DNA of 63,684 nt, the filler included. It is 5 parts of 5 records of this genome, joined end to end, with 100 filler letters (N's around TTAATTAATTAA, not from the genome) between each part and the next. Parts side by side here need not be neighbours in the genome. Positions count along the whole stretch, not along the records: positions 37,686 to 50,410 come from SRR31156797_12952; 4 more parts are not named here. One strand, 5' to 3'. The translations under genes and the position numbers were made by a program. Positions 40,455 to 49,299 of this stretch are shown in pieces. Each line of letters begins with the position of its first letter. Position 1 is the first letter of the stretch. The notes under the pieces were generated by a model. The model was not told the DNA's origin. It saw only the letters and a program-made list of their open reading frames with translations, and searched no databases.

Positions 40455-43111
40455 TCAATGTAGACATAAGGAACCTTCTTTCAAAGCTGGACACCTTCTG
40501 CACCAATGCATTGCACAACGCAGCAGGTTTAAGTGTTTCGCTCAGCAATTATGAAGTTTCAGTGGAACATTTTTTTATCAAATGCATTGAGGAAGTGAAC
40601 AGCGATCTGCCGCTCATTTTCCGTCAATACGGTGTGGAAAATCCGCGAATTACCGCTGCGCTCACAGATGTGTTACAGGATTTCAAGACCGGTAATTCCG
40701 GTAAGCCCGTATTTTCGCCCATGCTGCTGGAACTTTTTGAGGATGCATGGCTTATTTCCTCGGTGGAGCTTGGCGAAACCCGTATCCGCTCCGGTTCTGT
40801 GCTTTTGGCCTTTCTGGGCAAACCTAATTTTTACGCTTCCGGCAATTATGCTGATCTGTTTTCAGCCATCAACCGCGAGATCTTGCTCAAGGAATTCTGG
40901 ACCGTAACCAAGGGCTCAGTGGAATATAAGATGCCTGCCGCTGCGCCGGGAGAAGCTGCTGCACCTGCCAAGGGCGAGGGCGGATTTATTGAGCGGTTCT
41001 GCATTGATTTCACAGCCAAGGCCCGTGAAGGCGGCATTGATCCGGTTTTTGGGCGTGATCCGGAAATGCGTCAGATGGTGGATATTCTTGCCCGTCGTCG
41101 TAAGAATAACCCTATTCTCGTGGGTGAACCCGGGGTGGGTAAAACTGCGGTCATCGAAGGTCTGGCCTTGCGTATTACCGAAGGGGATGTGCCGGAAATC
41201 TTAAACGATGTAACCCTGCTTGGTTTGGATATGGGCTTACTTGAAGCCGGGGCCGGGATGAAGGGTGAGTTCGAGAACCGACTTAAAGGTGTTATCGATG
41301 AGATCAAATCCAGCGAGACACCGATCATCCTGTTTATTGATGAAGCTCACACTCTGGTCGGTGCCGGAGGTTCTGCCGGGGGGGCTGACGCCGCCAATTT
41401 GCTTAAACCGGCACTTGCCCGCGGGGAGCTGAAAACATGCGCCGCCACCACTTGGACCGAGTATAAGAAATATTTTGAAAAGGACCCGGCACTTGCCCGC
41501 CGCTTCCAGCTGGTCAAGCTGGATGAGCCGTCCGTAGATACTTCGACTATCATCCTGCGCGGTTTGCGCGAAAGTTATGAAAAGGCTCACAACGTGATTA
41601 TCCGTGATGATGCCAACGTGGCTGCCGCTGTTTATTCCGACCGTTACATTACTGGACGATTCTTGCCGGACAAGGCCATTGATCTGCTGGATACCACTTG
41701 CGCGCGGGTAAAGGTTAATCTTTCGGCAAAACCCGGACGTCTGGAGGATTGTCAGCGCGTAGTGCAGGCCCTTGAACGTGAAAAGAAGGCTGTGGACCGG
41801 GATCGCAGTAACGCTGTCGAAGTGGATGAAGAGCATTACAAGGAATTGCTGGCTCAGATTGAATCCAAAAATACTGAGGCCGCAGAGATCAGCGAAAAGT
41901 GGCTCAAGGAAAAGGACGCCGCTCATGCTGTACTGGATGTGCGGGCGCAGATTCAGGAAGCCCGTAATGGTGAGTCGGACCAAGGTGATAATATAGACGA
42001 AGAAAATTATATCAAGCTTAAGGAAGAGCTGGACAAGGCTGATACTGTTTTAGCTGGACTTCAGTCCGATGATCCCATGGTCCAGATTGAGGTCACCCCC
42101 GATCTGGTGGGCCGTGTTGTTTCTGACTGGACCGGAATTCCGGTGGGTAAAATGGCCCGTGATGAGGCCGCCACTGTTGCAGACCTCGAAGAAAAGCTCA
42201 AGGTGCGCATTAAGGGGCAGGATCAGGGGCTTGGGGCTATTGCCGAGGTTATCCGCGCTTCCAAGGCCGGGATCAAGAATCCTGACCAGCCTATCGGGGT
42301 GTTCCTCTTGGTAGGTCCTTCCGGTGTGGGTAAGACCGAGACCGGACTTTCCTTGGCAGATCAGCTTTTCGGTGATGAGCGTTCCGTGGTCACCGTGAAT
42401 ATGAGTGAATTTCAGGAAAAGCACACTGTTTCAAGGTTGATCGGTTCGCCTCCGGGCTACGTTGGCTATGGCGAGGGCGGTATGCTCACCGAGGCTGTGC
42501 GTCGTCAGCCTTATTCAGTGGTTCTTCTGGATGAAGTGGAAAAGGCCCATTTAGATGTGATGAACACCTTTTATCAGGTCTTTGACAAGGGAGTGCTCAC
42601 CGATGGCGAGGGTAAGGATATCAATTTCAGGAACACTATTCTCATCCTGACTTCCAATCTCGGAACGGACGTCATTCAGGAAATGACTGCCAGTCTGGAT
42701 GCTGGTGACGAGATGCCCATGGACGCGGTTCTTTCCGCTGTGCGGCCCCTCCTTTCCCAGCATTTCAAGCCCGCGTTGCTGGCACGTATGAACGTTGTGC
42801 CTTACTTCAGCCTCAATCCTGAAGCCATGAAGATGATCACCCGCCTCAAGCTCGGCAAGCTGGAAAAGATGCTCCTTGCCAACAATAAGATGAAGTTGAG
42901 TTATGACGCTGGGGTCGTTGATCAGATTGCAGCTCGTTGTACCGAAGTGGAAACCGGAGCGCGTAACATTGAATATATCCTTAACGGCAATGTACTGCCG
43001 AAGATGTCAAAGGAAATCCTGCTGCATATGACCGAGGGCGGCATGCCTGAGGCTGTGCATCTGGGTGTGGACGAGGACGGTTCCTTTATCATGGAATTTT
43101 CCGCGGAATAA
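40451..43111 (+). CDS. tssH: T6SS AAA+ ATPase ClpV
   Basis: RRRKNNPILVGEPGVGKT, LKPALARGEL, GPSGVGKTET, NMSEFQEKHTVSRL, GARNI. Confidence 0.96.
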   Translation: MINVDIRNLLSKLDTFCTNALHNAAGLSVSLSNYEVSVEHFFIKCIEEVNSDLPLIFRQYGVENPRITAALTDVLQDFKTGNSGKPVFSPMLLELFEDAWLISSVELGETRIRSGSVLLAFLGKPNFYASGNYADLFSAINREILLKEFWTVTKGSVEYKMPAAAPGEAAAPAKGEGGFIERFCIDFTAKAREGGIDPVFGRDPEMRQMVDILARRRKNNPILVGEPGVGKTAVIEGLALRITEGDVPEILNDVTLLGLDMGLLEAGAGMKGEFENRLKGVIDEIKSSETPIILFIDEAHTLVGAGGSAGGADAANLLKPALARGELKTCAATTWTEYKKYFEKDPALARRFQLVKLDEPSVDTSTIILRGLRESYEKAHNVIIRDDANVAAAVYSDRYITGRFLPDKAIDLLDTTCARVKVNLSAKPGRLEDCQRVVQALEREKKAVDRDRSNAVEVDEEHYKELLAQIESKNTEAAEISEKWLKEKDAAHAVLDVRAQIQEARNGESDQGDNIDEENYIKLKEELDKADTVLAGLQSDDPMVQIEVTPDLVGRVVSDWTGIPVGKMARDEAATVADLEEKLKVRIKGQDQGLGAIAEVIRASKAGIKNPDQPIGVFLLVGPSGVGKTETGLSLADQLFGDERSVVTVNMSEFQEKHTVSRLIGSPPGYVGYGEGGMLTEAVRRQPYSVVLLDEVEKAHLDVMNTFYQVFDKGVLTDGEGKDINFRNTILILTSNLGTDVIQEMTASLDAGDEMPMDAVLSAVRPLLSQHFKPALLARMNVVPYFSLNPEAMKMITRLKLGKLEKMLLANNKMKLSYDAGVVDQIAARCTEVETGARNIEYILNGNVLPKMSKEILLHMTEGGMPEAVHLGVDEDGSFIMEFSAE

Positions 43112-43132
43112 TGAGCATGAGAGGGTAGTTTT

Positions 43133-45442
43133 ATGGCAGAAAATTCCAAGCCCAAGTTTGTTTTTGAGTCCAAGGGTGCGGATAAGAACACCTTCAGTGT
43201 GGTCCGTTTCAAGGGCACCGAAGGATTGTCGACCATTTACCGCTTCAGTATCATGCTGATTTCGGAGAAGAATGACCTCGACATAGGTTCTATCCTCCAG
43301 AATCCAGCGGAGTTCACCATTAAGCGTGATGACGGGGATATCCCGTTCAAGGGTATGCTCAGTTCTTTTGAACAGCTCCATCAGGTTGGGAAGATGTGTT
43401 TTTACCGTGCGGAACTGGTTCCGAAACTCTGGTGGGCCACTCTGACCCATTGTAACCAGATTTTTTTGAATGAAAATGCGCAGGGATTCCTCGCTGATGT
43501 GCTTAAGAAAGCTGGCCTCAAAGAAGGTTTGAGTTTTGATTTTAAGCTGCAAGGATCTTATCCCTCTTGGGAATACATTTGTCAGTACGATGAATCCCAT
43601 TTCAATTTTGTCTCCCGCTGGATGGAGCGGGACGGCATGTATTACTATTTTGAACAGACCGATCAGGGCGAGAAGATGGTTATTACCGATACCCACATCT
43701 CCCATTCGCCCATGAAGGAAGGCACCAGCCTGACCTATTCCCCGCCCAGCAATCTTGACCACACTCATCGTGATGAGATCGTCAAGAATTTCATGCTCAA
43801 ACAGCAGCCTCTGCCAAAGAAAGTGCTGCTCAAGGATTACAATTACCGCAAGCCCAGTCTTGAAATGAAAGCCGAAGCCATGGTTTCGCAGCAGGGCATG
43901 GGTGAGATTTATATTTATGGAGAACATTTCAAGACTCCGGGGGAAGGGAATACGCTGTCCCAAATCAGGGCGCAGGAATTCCTCTGCCGTGAGAAGGTAT
44001 TCCATGGCGTATCCACAGTGCCATACATCCGCACTGGATATATTTTCGAGTTGAAGGACCATTATCGTCAGGATTTTAATCAGCGTTACCTGACCACCGA
44101 AGTTGTGCACGAGGGAAGTCAGGAGGCTTATCTTGTTTCCGGTCTGGGCTTGAATCTGGCTGAAGATGCGGATCGTCTTTATTACCGCAATTCTTTTACC
44201 TGCATACCCGCAAACACACAGTTTCGTGCCGAGCGCAAGGCTGTGAAGCCAAAGTTTTCCGGGACCATTAATGCCAAGGTCGATGCCTCTGGTAGCGGAC
44301 AGTATGCCGAGCTGGACGGGGAGGGACGTTACAAGGTGATCATGCCTTTTGATGAGTCCGGGCGCAGCGGCGGGAAGGCCACGACATGGTTGCGTATGGC
44401 CCAACCCTACGGAGGTTCCAACCACGGCATGCATTTCCCGTTGCATAAAGGTACTGAGGTTTTGATTACTTGTGTTGAGGGAGACCCTGACAGACCCATT
44501 ATCCAGTCTGCGGCTCCCAACCCTGAAAATCCAAGTCTGGTCAAGGATGCCAATCAGACCAAATGCGTAATCGTTACCGGAGGACAGAACCTGTTTCATA
44601 TTCAGGATAAGCAGGGCAGTGAGGGGATGCATCTTAAGACTCCTAAAGATAATACCTATGTGCGTCTTGGTTCAGCCGCAGCAGAACCCTCAGGCGGCGA
44701 AAGTTCAATGACTGAGGACAAGGTTAAAGAGATTGCAGACGAGCAGATTGAAGCGAAAAAGAAAGAAGAAAGTCTGGCTCTGTCCACCGAAGGTAATATC
44801 AAAATTAACGGCAAGAATATTGCCAGCTATATTCTTGGGAATGAGAGTAAGGTTGTTCTCGGATTTTCTCAGCTTGTAAATATCGGTAATGATACCAAGT
44901 TCTTCGGTGCTCTCAAGGAAGACATCGTTGTGGGCATGGAGACCGGGATAAAACTCGCCCTGCTCAATGAAATCACTGCCACAAAGAATGGTCTGGTGGC
45001 GGGTACGGCCCTTAAAGCCGAGACTGAACGTGAAGAATTAATCGCCGATCATCATCGGATGAACATAGATATGACCAAGCTTAACGCTACTTGTGCTGAA
45101 ATCAATGGAGATTTGAGCACTATCCGTGAAGCACACACTAATCTAGCCATGGACTTTGATGACTTGAAAGGAGCAACCGCACAACTGGCAGGGGAAGCCA
45201 GCAAGCTTGCCGGACAGGTTGATGAAGTTTGGGGAGAAATGGATACCGTGGCCGGAAACCTGACACATCTCTGCGGAGAAGTAACAGCATTGGCTGGTGA
45301 GGATAATAAAATTGTCGGGGTGATGGCTAAGAGTATCGGTGAGTCTACGAAGCTGATCGGGACCAGTTCCAATGTAACAGCCGAAACAAGTCAAATCTCA
45401 GGTGAGATGAACAATATTGCCGGCCTCATTAACAATATTTAG
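43133..45442 (+). CDS. vgrG: T6SS spike protein VgrG with an extended repetitive C-terminus
   Basis: EGLSTIYRF, QYDESHFNFVSRWMERDGMYY, GMHFPLHKGTEV, GDPDRPII; C-terminal 8-mer then 7-mer repeats. Confidence 0.94.
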   Translation: MAENSKPKFVFESKGADKNTFSVVRFKGTEGLSTIYRFSIMLISEKNDLDIGSILQNPAEFTIKRDDGDIPFKGMLSSFEQLHQVGKMCFYRAELVPKLWWATLTHCNQIFLNENAQGFLADVLKKAGLKEGLSFDFKLQGSYPSWEYICQYDESHFNFVSRWMERDGMYYYFEQTDQGEKMVITDTHISHSPMKEGTSLTYSPPSNLDHTHRDEIVKNFMLKQQPLPKKVLLKDYNYRKPSLEMKAEAMVSQQGMGEIYIYGEHFKTPGEGNTLSQIRAQEFLCREKVFHGVSTVPYIRTGYIFELKDHYRQDFNQRYLTTEVVHEGSQEAYLVSGLGLNLAEDADRLYYRNSFTCIPANTQFRAERKAVKPKFSGTINAKVDASGSGQYAELDGEGRYKVIMPFDESGRSGGKATTWLRMAQPYGGSNHGMHFPLHKGTEVLITCVEGDPDRPIIQSAAPNPENPSLVKDANQTKCVIVTGGQNLFHIQDKQGSEGMHLKTPKDNTYVRLGSAAAEPSGGESSMTEDKVKEIADEQIEAKKKEESLALSTEGNIKINGKNIASYILGNESKVVLGFSQLVNIGNDTKFFGALKEDIVVGMETGIKLALLNEITATKNGLVAGTALKAETEREELIADHHRMNIDMTKLNATCAEINGDLSTIREAHTNLAMDFDDLKGATAQLAGEASKLAGQVDEVWGEMDTVAGNLTHLCGEVTALAGEDNKIVGVMAKSIGESTKLIGTSSNVTAETSQISGEMNNIAGLINNI

Positions 45443-45468
45443 GCAATAATATCTAGCTCCGGAGTATC

Positions 45469-48400
45469 ATGAAGATATTTAAGGAAAAGCAGCATTCCTT
45501 TTATCCGCGCCCATTGGGAATCGGAGATAAGTTTTACCTCAGTGTCGGGATCATGGCTTTCTTTGACCTTAATGATCCCGATAATCTGCTTGATGAACAG
45601 GAACTCTGGAAGAGCGTACCCACGCAGCTTGGACCCAAGCCGATCATTGATCAGGGCGTGCCCAAGCCACGTGGTGAGTTTTTGGTAAGCGGTTCATGCT
45701 TTGCACCGCGCGGGCAGTCCCGTCCGGCTTCGCAGGTGCAGGTTCGCGTTGGAGAAAAGGAAAAAACGCTTAATATCTTCGGGGACCGTTATTGGAAAAA
45801 CGGGTTGATCACTGAACCGGAACAGTTCGTGGAAATGCCTGTGGTCTGGGCAAATTCGTTTGGTGGGCCGGATTACGCGAGGAATCCGCTTGGTAAAGGC
45901 ATGAGCAAGGTTCCCATGCATGACGGTTCTGATGCCGTACCCCTGCCTAATGTTGAACTGGAGCAGCTGATCGGTTCGCCGTCCCAGAAACCGGTCCCGG
46001 CGGGGTTTGGGCCGCTTGATCTTATGTGGCCGCAGCGGGCCCGGAAAAATGGTACTTATGATGAAAAATGGAAGAATGAACGCTGGCCATTTTTTCCCGA
46101 TGATATGAATTACGAGTTTTTCAATACAGCCAGCGAAGACCAGTTCATGGGTGGTTATTTCAAGGGCGGTGAGTCGGTACTGATCAAAAATATGCATCCT
46201 GATTTCCCGCTTATTGAAAGTTCGTTGCCACGCTTACGCATGCGTTGCTTTGTTACTGTTAATAATAATTTCAAACCTCATACTTTTCCGGTGGGACCGC
46301 TGCCATCCCACCAGATTCACGAGGATGAGGAGTTCCGCGAGGTTTCCACCCGTCTGGAAACAGTATGGTTTTTTCCTTCGATCATGCGCGGACTCCTCAT
46401 CTATCGCGGAACTACTGAAGTTGTGGACGACGAAGGCGCGGATGTGTTGCGGGTCATGATTCGCCACGAAGCGCAGGACGAGGAACCAAAATCCATTGAG
46501 CACTATCGGGATTTACAAATCACGCTTCTTGATCGCGGGGTGGACATTGATATGTCTAAGGCGGAAGAAGCAATGCAGAAGGCCAAAAAATCCCTGCTAA
46601 AAATTAAGAATATTCCCAAGTTTGCGGATGAAATTCGTCAGAAAGCTCTCGGTAATCGCCCTTCCATGCCCATGCGGGACCCAGAGGAGGTTGTGGCCGA
46701 TGCTCAGAAGATGGTTGCCGGACATTACAAAACATTGAATAGCCTGGAAGGCATGGCCCGTAAGGCCCATGCTGAAAACGGTCATTTGGTGGAAATCAAT
46801 CTCGGTGTCTTCGATAAGTTTCGGGGCAAGATTGAAGAACTTGAAAAGAAGTTGACAGCGACCGGGGCAAAGTTCTCCGCCACCAAGAAAAAGCTTGAAG
46901 CATCCCGCAAGGCTGCGGTCAAAGAGGCTTCGACTAAACTGAAAGGGATTAAGCCTGAATATCTCAAGCAAAACGGACTTGACCCTGATGAACCTATTGC
47001 TGCTGAATTTCCCTTTCATAAAAAAGTTAACCCGTGGCATGACCGGGGTTTTCCACTTGTCGCGCGCTGGCGCAGGGCGTTGGAAAATGACCGGGAAACT
47101 ATGAAAAAGCTCACTGACTTAGGAATTGAACGTAAGACTATCAAGCGCATGTGGCTGGGAATGAATTCTGAAGTCCTAAGCGAATACCCGGCGGATTGGG
47201 GGCTGGACGGTGAGGATAAATTTATCGTTCCCGCGGGGCTAGTGCTGCCCCGTTTCGATGGTCCGGTGCTCAATCATATCAAGAGTAATCCGGGTGGATT
47301 TGCAGAGGGTGAGAAGTCGTTAGTTCCCGGCTCAAATGAAAATCCACTTTTCCTGCCCAGCTCGACGCTCATCGATCTGCCGACCTTGCCTGCGGCTGCA
47401 GCGGCCCCGGTGGTTTGCGTGGCTGATGAGTTGCAGGCTCTGTTCATGGAGCAGGAAGTGGGCGATTTTTGTTCCATCCTGACCCTTGAATCACCCAAGG
47501 ATAAACCGGGTGAGGATGCGGCCAAGGAATTGAAAAATGCTCTCGCTGTTTTGATTGTTCAGCCGGAGAAATGGAACAAAGATGGTGAGCTTAGGAAGGT
47601 ATGGAGCGGCTGGCAGTCCGCACTTAAAACCGCTCAGCCATTGGAGCTTGAACACGGAAGCTCTGTCTTTGAATCCAGCAAAAAGGGCAGTGATATCCGT
47701 CAATGGGTGTTGGATCATTTACCTGAAGAGCATGGGGCAGAGCATTCAATTTCCATGTCCATGCCGCAAAAAGGTAGTCCTCCTGACGAGAATTTCCTGA
47801 AAGGTTTCATGCCTCCGTTCCCCGATGTGAAGGGCTTGGCGAAAGGGATTCATGCTGAGGTCCAGAAGAGTTTGGAAGCTAAGTTCGAGCCGATTAAGGT
47901 GAAACAGGAAGCCATGCTTGAAAAGATGCGCGAAGCAGCGACCAAGTATGCCAAATACGGCGCAGACCCTTCAAAAGTAGTGCTTGAACCGACAAGACCG
48001 AAGCCGACAGCTACGCAAGTGGGCAAGGATGCTGCCGCTAAGATCAGGGCCCGGGCCGCAGAGCTTAAACAGCGCAATTTGCTGACCCCGGAAGCTGCGC
48101 AGAAAATGGAAAGTGAAGCTTCAAAAGTGGAAAAAACAGGTGCAAAGCTTGATGCCCAGAACGTAAAGTTACTCAAGAAATTTGAGGCTAAGAAGATCGA
48201 ACTTGCCGAAGGACTAAAGAAGCTTGAAGCCAAAGAACTGCCCGATGGAGCAAAAGCTAAGCTTGCCGAGCACGGATTAAGTGCTGATTCCCTGCGTGCG
48301 CTAAGTCGTGAGGAAGTTCAACGCTATCATGAACAGGGCAGATCTCTGGTGGGCGCAGTGCTCAGTGGAGTGGACCTTTCTGGCCTTGATCTCAGTGGAG

Positions 48401-49299
48401 CGGACTTGAGCAAATGTCAGCTTAAGGGGACGAATTTTAAGGGATCAATTCTGGATAATGCCAAGTTGGTCCAAGCTTTGGGCATGAAAGCCGATTTCAG
48501 CAAGGCTTCCCTTAAAAGGGCTGAACTTGGACGCGGATTGTTTAACAAAGCGATCTTCAAGGAAAGTGATCTCAGCGAAGCCATTGCTGCTCAGGCCATT
48601 TTCAAGGGTGCGGATTTCTCCAAAGCTGTGCTGCATAACGCCAATTTTGACATGGCTATACTCGAAAAAACAGACTTCACCGAAGCAGACCTTAAGGGCG
48701 CACTCATCAATATGTGCATGATCAGCGGCAAGGCCGATCATGCCGATTTCAGTAAATCAACCATCAAGAAATCCATCTTCAAATCATCATCGCTCAGCGA
48801 AGCTGGTTTCAGTGAAGCCTCAGTGAACGAGTCCCTCTTTAACGACGTTGATGCCCACAAGACTGATTTCACAGATGCTAATCTGGATAAATTGCGTACC
48901 GGACGAAATTCCAATTTCAAGGATTCGGATTTCCGTAACGCTACCTTGCGTGGTGCGGCCCTGCGTGAATCAGATTTTACCGGATCAGATTTCCGGGGTG
49001 CGGATTTTGAGAACGGGCTGGTGGATAACTCGCAATTGGTCCGCGCCAACCTGAACGGTGTTTCCGCGAAGGGCGCACGTTTTACCAAAAGTAATCTTGA
49101 AGCCGCTTCCATGCGGGCAGCAAATGTCCACATGGGCGGTATGCGCAAGGCTCGTTTGGTGGATACCGATTTACGCGGATCCAACCTTTTTGCCGTGGAT
49201 TTCTACAAATCCGTGCTCGGCGATACCCGTTTCGAGGCTGCCAATCTCAAACGCAGCCAGTTGCACGGTAAACTTGAACTGCTGGATGACGACTCATGA
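45469..49299 (+). CDS. DUF2169 T6SS adaptor with C-terminal pentapeptide repeats and a large central insertion (TagAB-like)
   Basis: N-terminal PKPRGEFLVSG, FGDRYW, NPLGKG, PAGFGP, GTYDEKW (DUF2169); from ~48340 A(D/N)LxxAxF-type pentapeptide repeats. Confidence 0.88.
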   Translation: MKIFKEKQHSFYPRPLGIGDKFYLSVGIMAFFDLNDPDNLLDEQELWKSVPTQLGPKPIIDQGVPKPRGEFLVSGSCFAPRGQSRPASQVQVRVGEKEKTLNIFGDRYWKNGLITEPEQFVEMPVVWANSFGGPDYARNPLGKGMSKVPMHDGSDAVPLPNVELEQLIGSPSQKPVPAGFGPLDLMWPQRARKNGTYDEKWKNERWPFFPDDMNYEFFNTASEDQFMGGYFKGGESVLIKNMHPDFPLIESSLPRLRMRCFVTVNNNFKPHTFPVGPLPSHQIHEDEEFREVSTRLETVWFFPSIMRGLLIYRGTTEVVDDEGADVLRVMIRHEAQDEEPKSIEHYRDLQITLLDRGVDIDMSKAEEAMQKAKKSLLKIKNIPKFADEIRQKALGNRPSMPMRDPEEVVADAQKMVAGHYKTLNSLEGMARKAHAENGHLVEINLGVFDKFRGKIEELEKKLTATGAKFSATKKKLEASRKAAVKEASTKLKGIKPEYLKQNGLDPDEPIAAEFPFHKKVNPWHDRGFPLVARWRRALENDRETMKKLTDLGIERKTIKRMWLGMNSEVLSEYPADWGLDGEDKFIVPAGLVLPRFDGPVLNHIKSNPGGFAEGEKSLVPGSNENPLFLPSSTLIDLPTLPAAAAAPVVCVADELQALFMEQEVGDFCSILTLESPKDKPGEDAAKELKNALAVLIVQPEKWNKDGELRKVWSGWQSALKTAQPLELEHGSSVFESSKKGSDIRQWVLDHLPEEHGAEHSISMSMPQKGSPPDENFLKGFMPPFPDVKGLAKGIHAEVQKSLEAKFEPIKVKQEAMLEKMREAATKYAKYGADPSKVVLEPTRPKPTATQVGKDAAAKIRARAAELKQRNLLTPEAAQKMESEASKVEKTGAKLDAQNVKLLKKFEAKKIELAEGLKKLEAKELPDGAKAKLAEHGLSADSLRALSREEVQRYHEQGRSLVGAVLSGVDLSGLDLSGADLSKCQLKGTNFKGSILDNAKLVQALGMKADFSKASLKRAELGRGLFNKAIFKESDLSEAIAAQAIFKGADFSKAVLHNANFDMAILEKTDFTEADLKGALINMCMISGKADHADFSKSTIKKSIFKSSSLSEAGFSEASVNESLFNDVDAHKTDFTDANLDKLRTGRNSNFKDSDFRNATLRGAALRESDFTGSDFRGADFENGLVDNSQLVRANLNGVSAKGARFTKSNLEAASMRAANVHMGGMRKARLVDTDLRGSNLFAVDFYKSVLGDTRFEAANLKRSQLHGKLELLDDDS

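Noticed and set aside
43007-44632. 541-aa ORF antisense to vgrG
   Set aside because: Mirror frame of a conserved gene, with no RBS or domain signal.
35019-45442. Functional link between the CHAT protein, Imm17 or FMN riboswitch and the T6SS cluster
   Set aside because: They are separated by an artificial linker and differ strongly in composition, so they come from different genomes.
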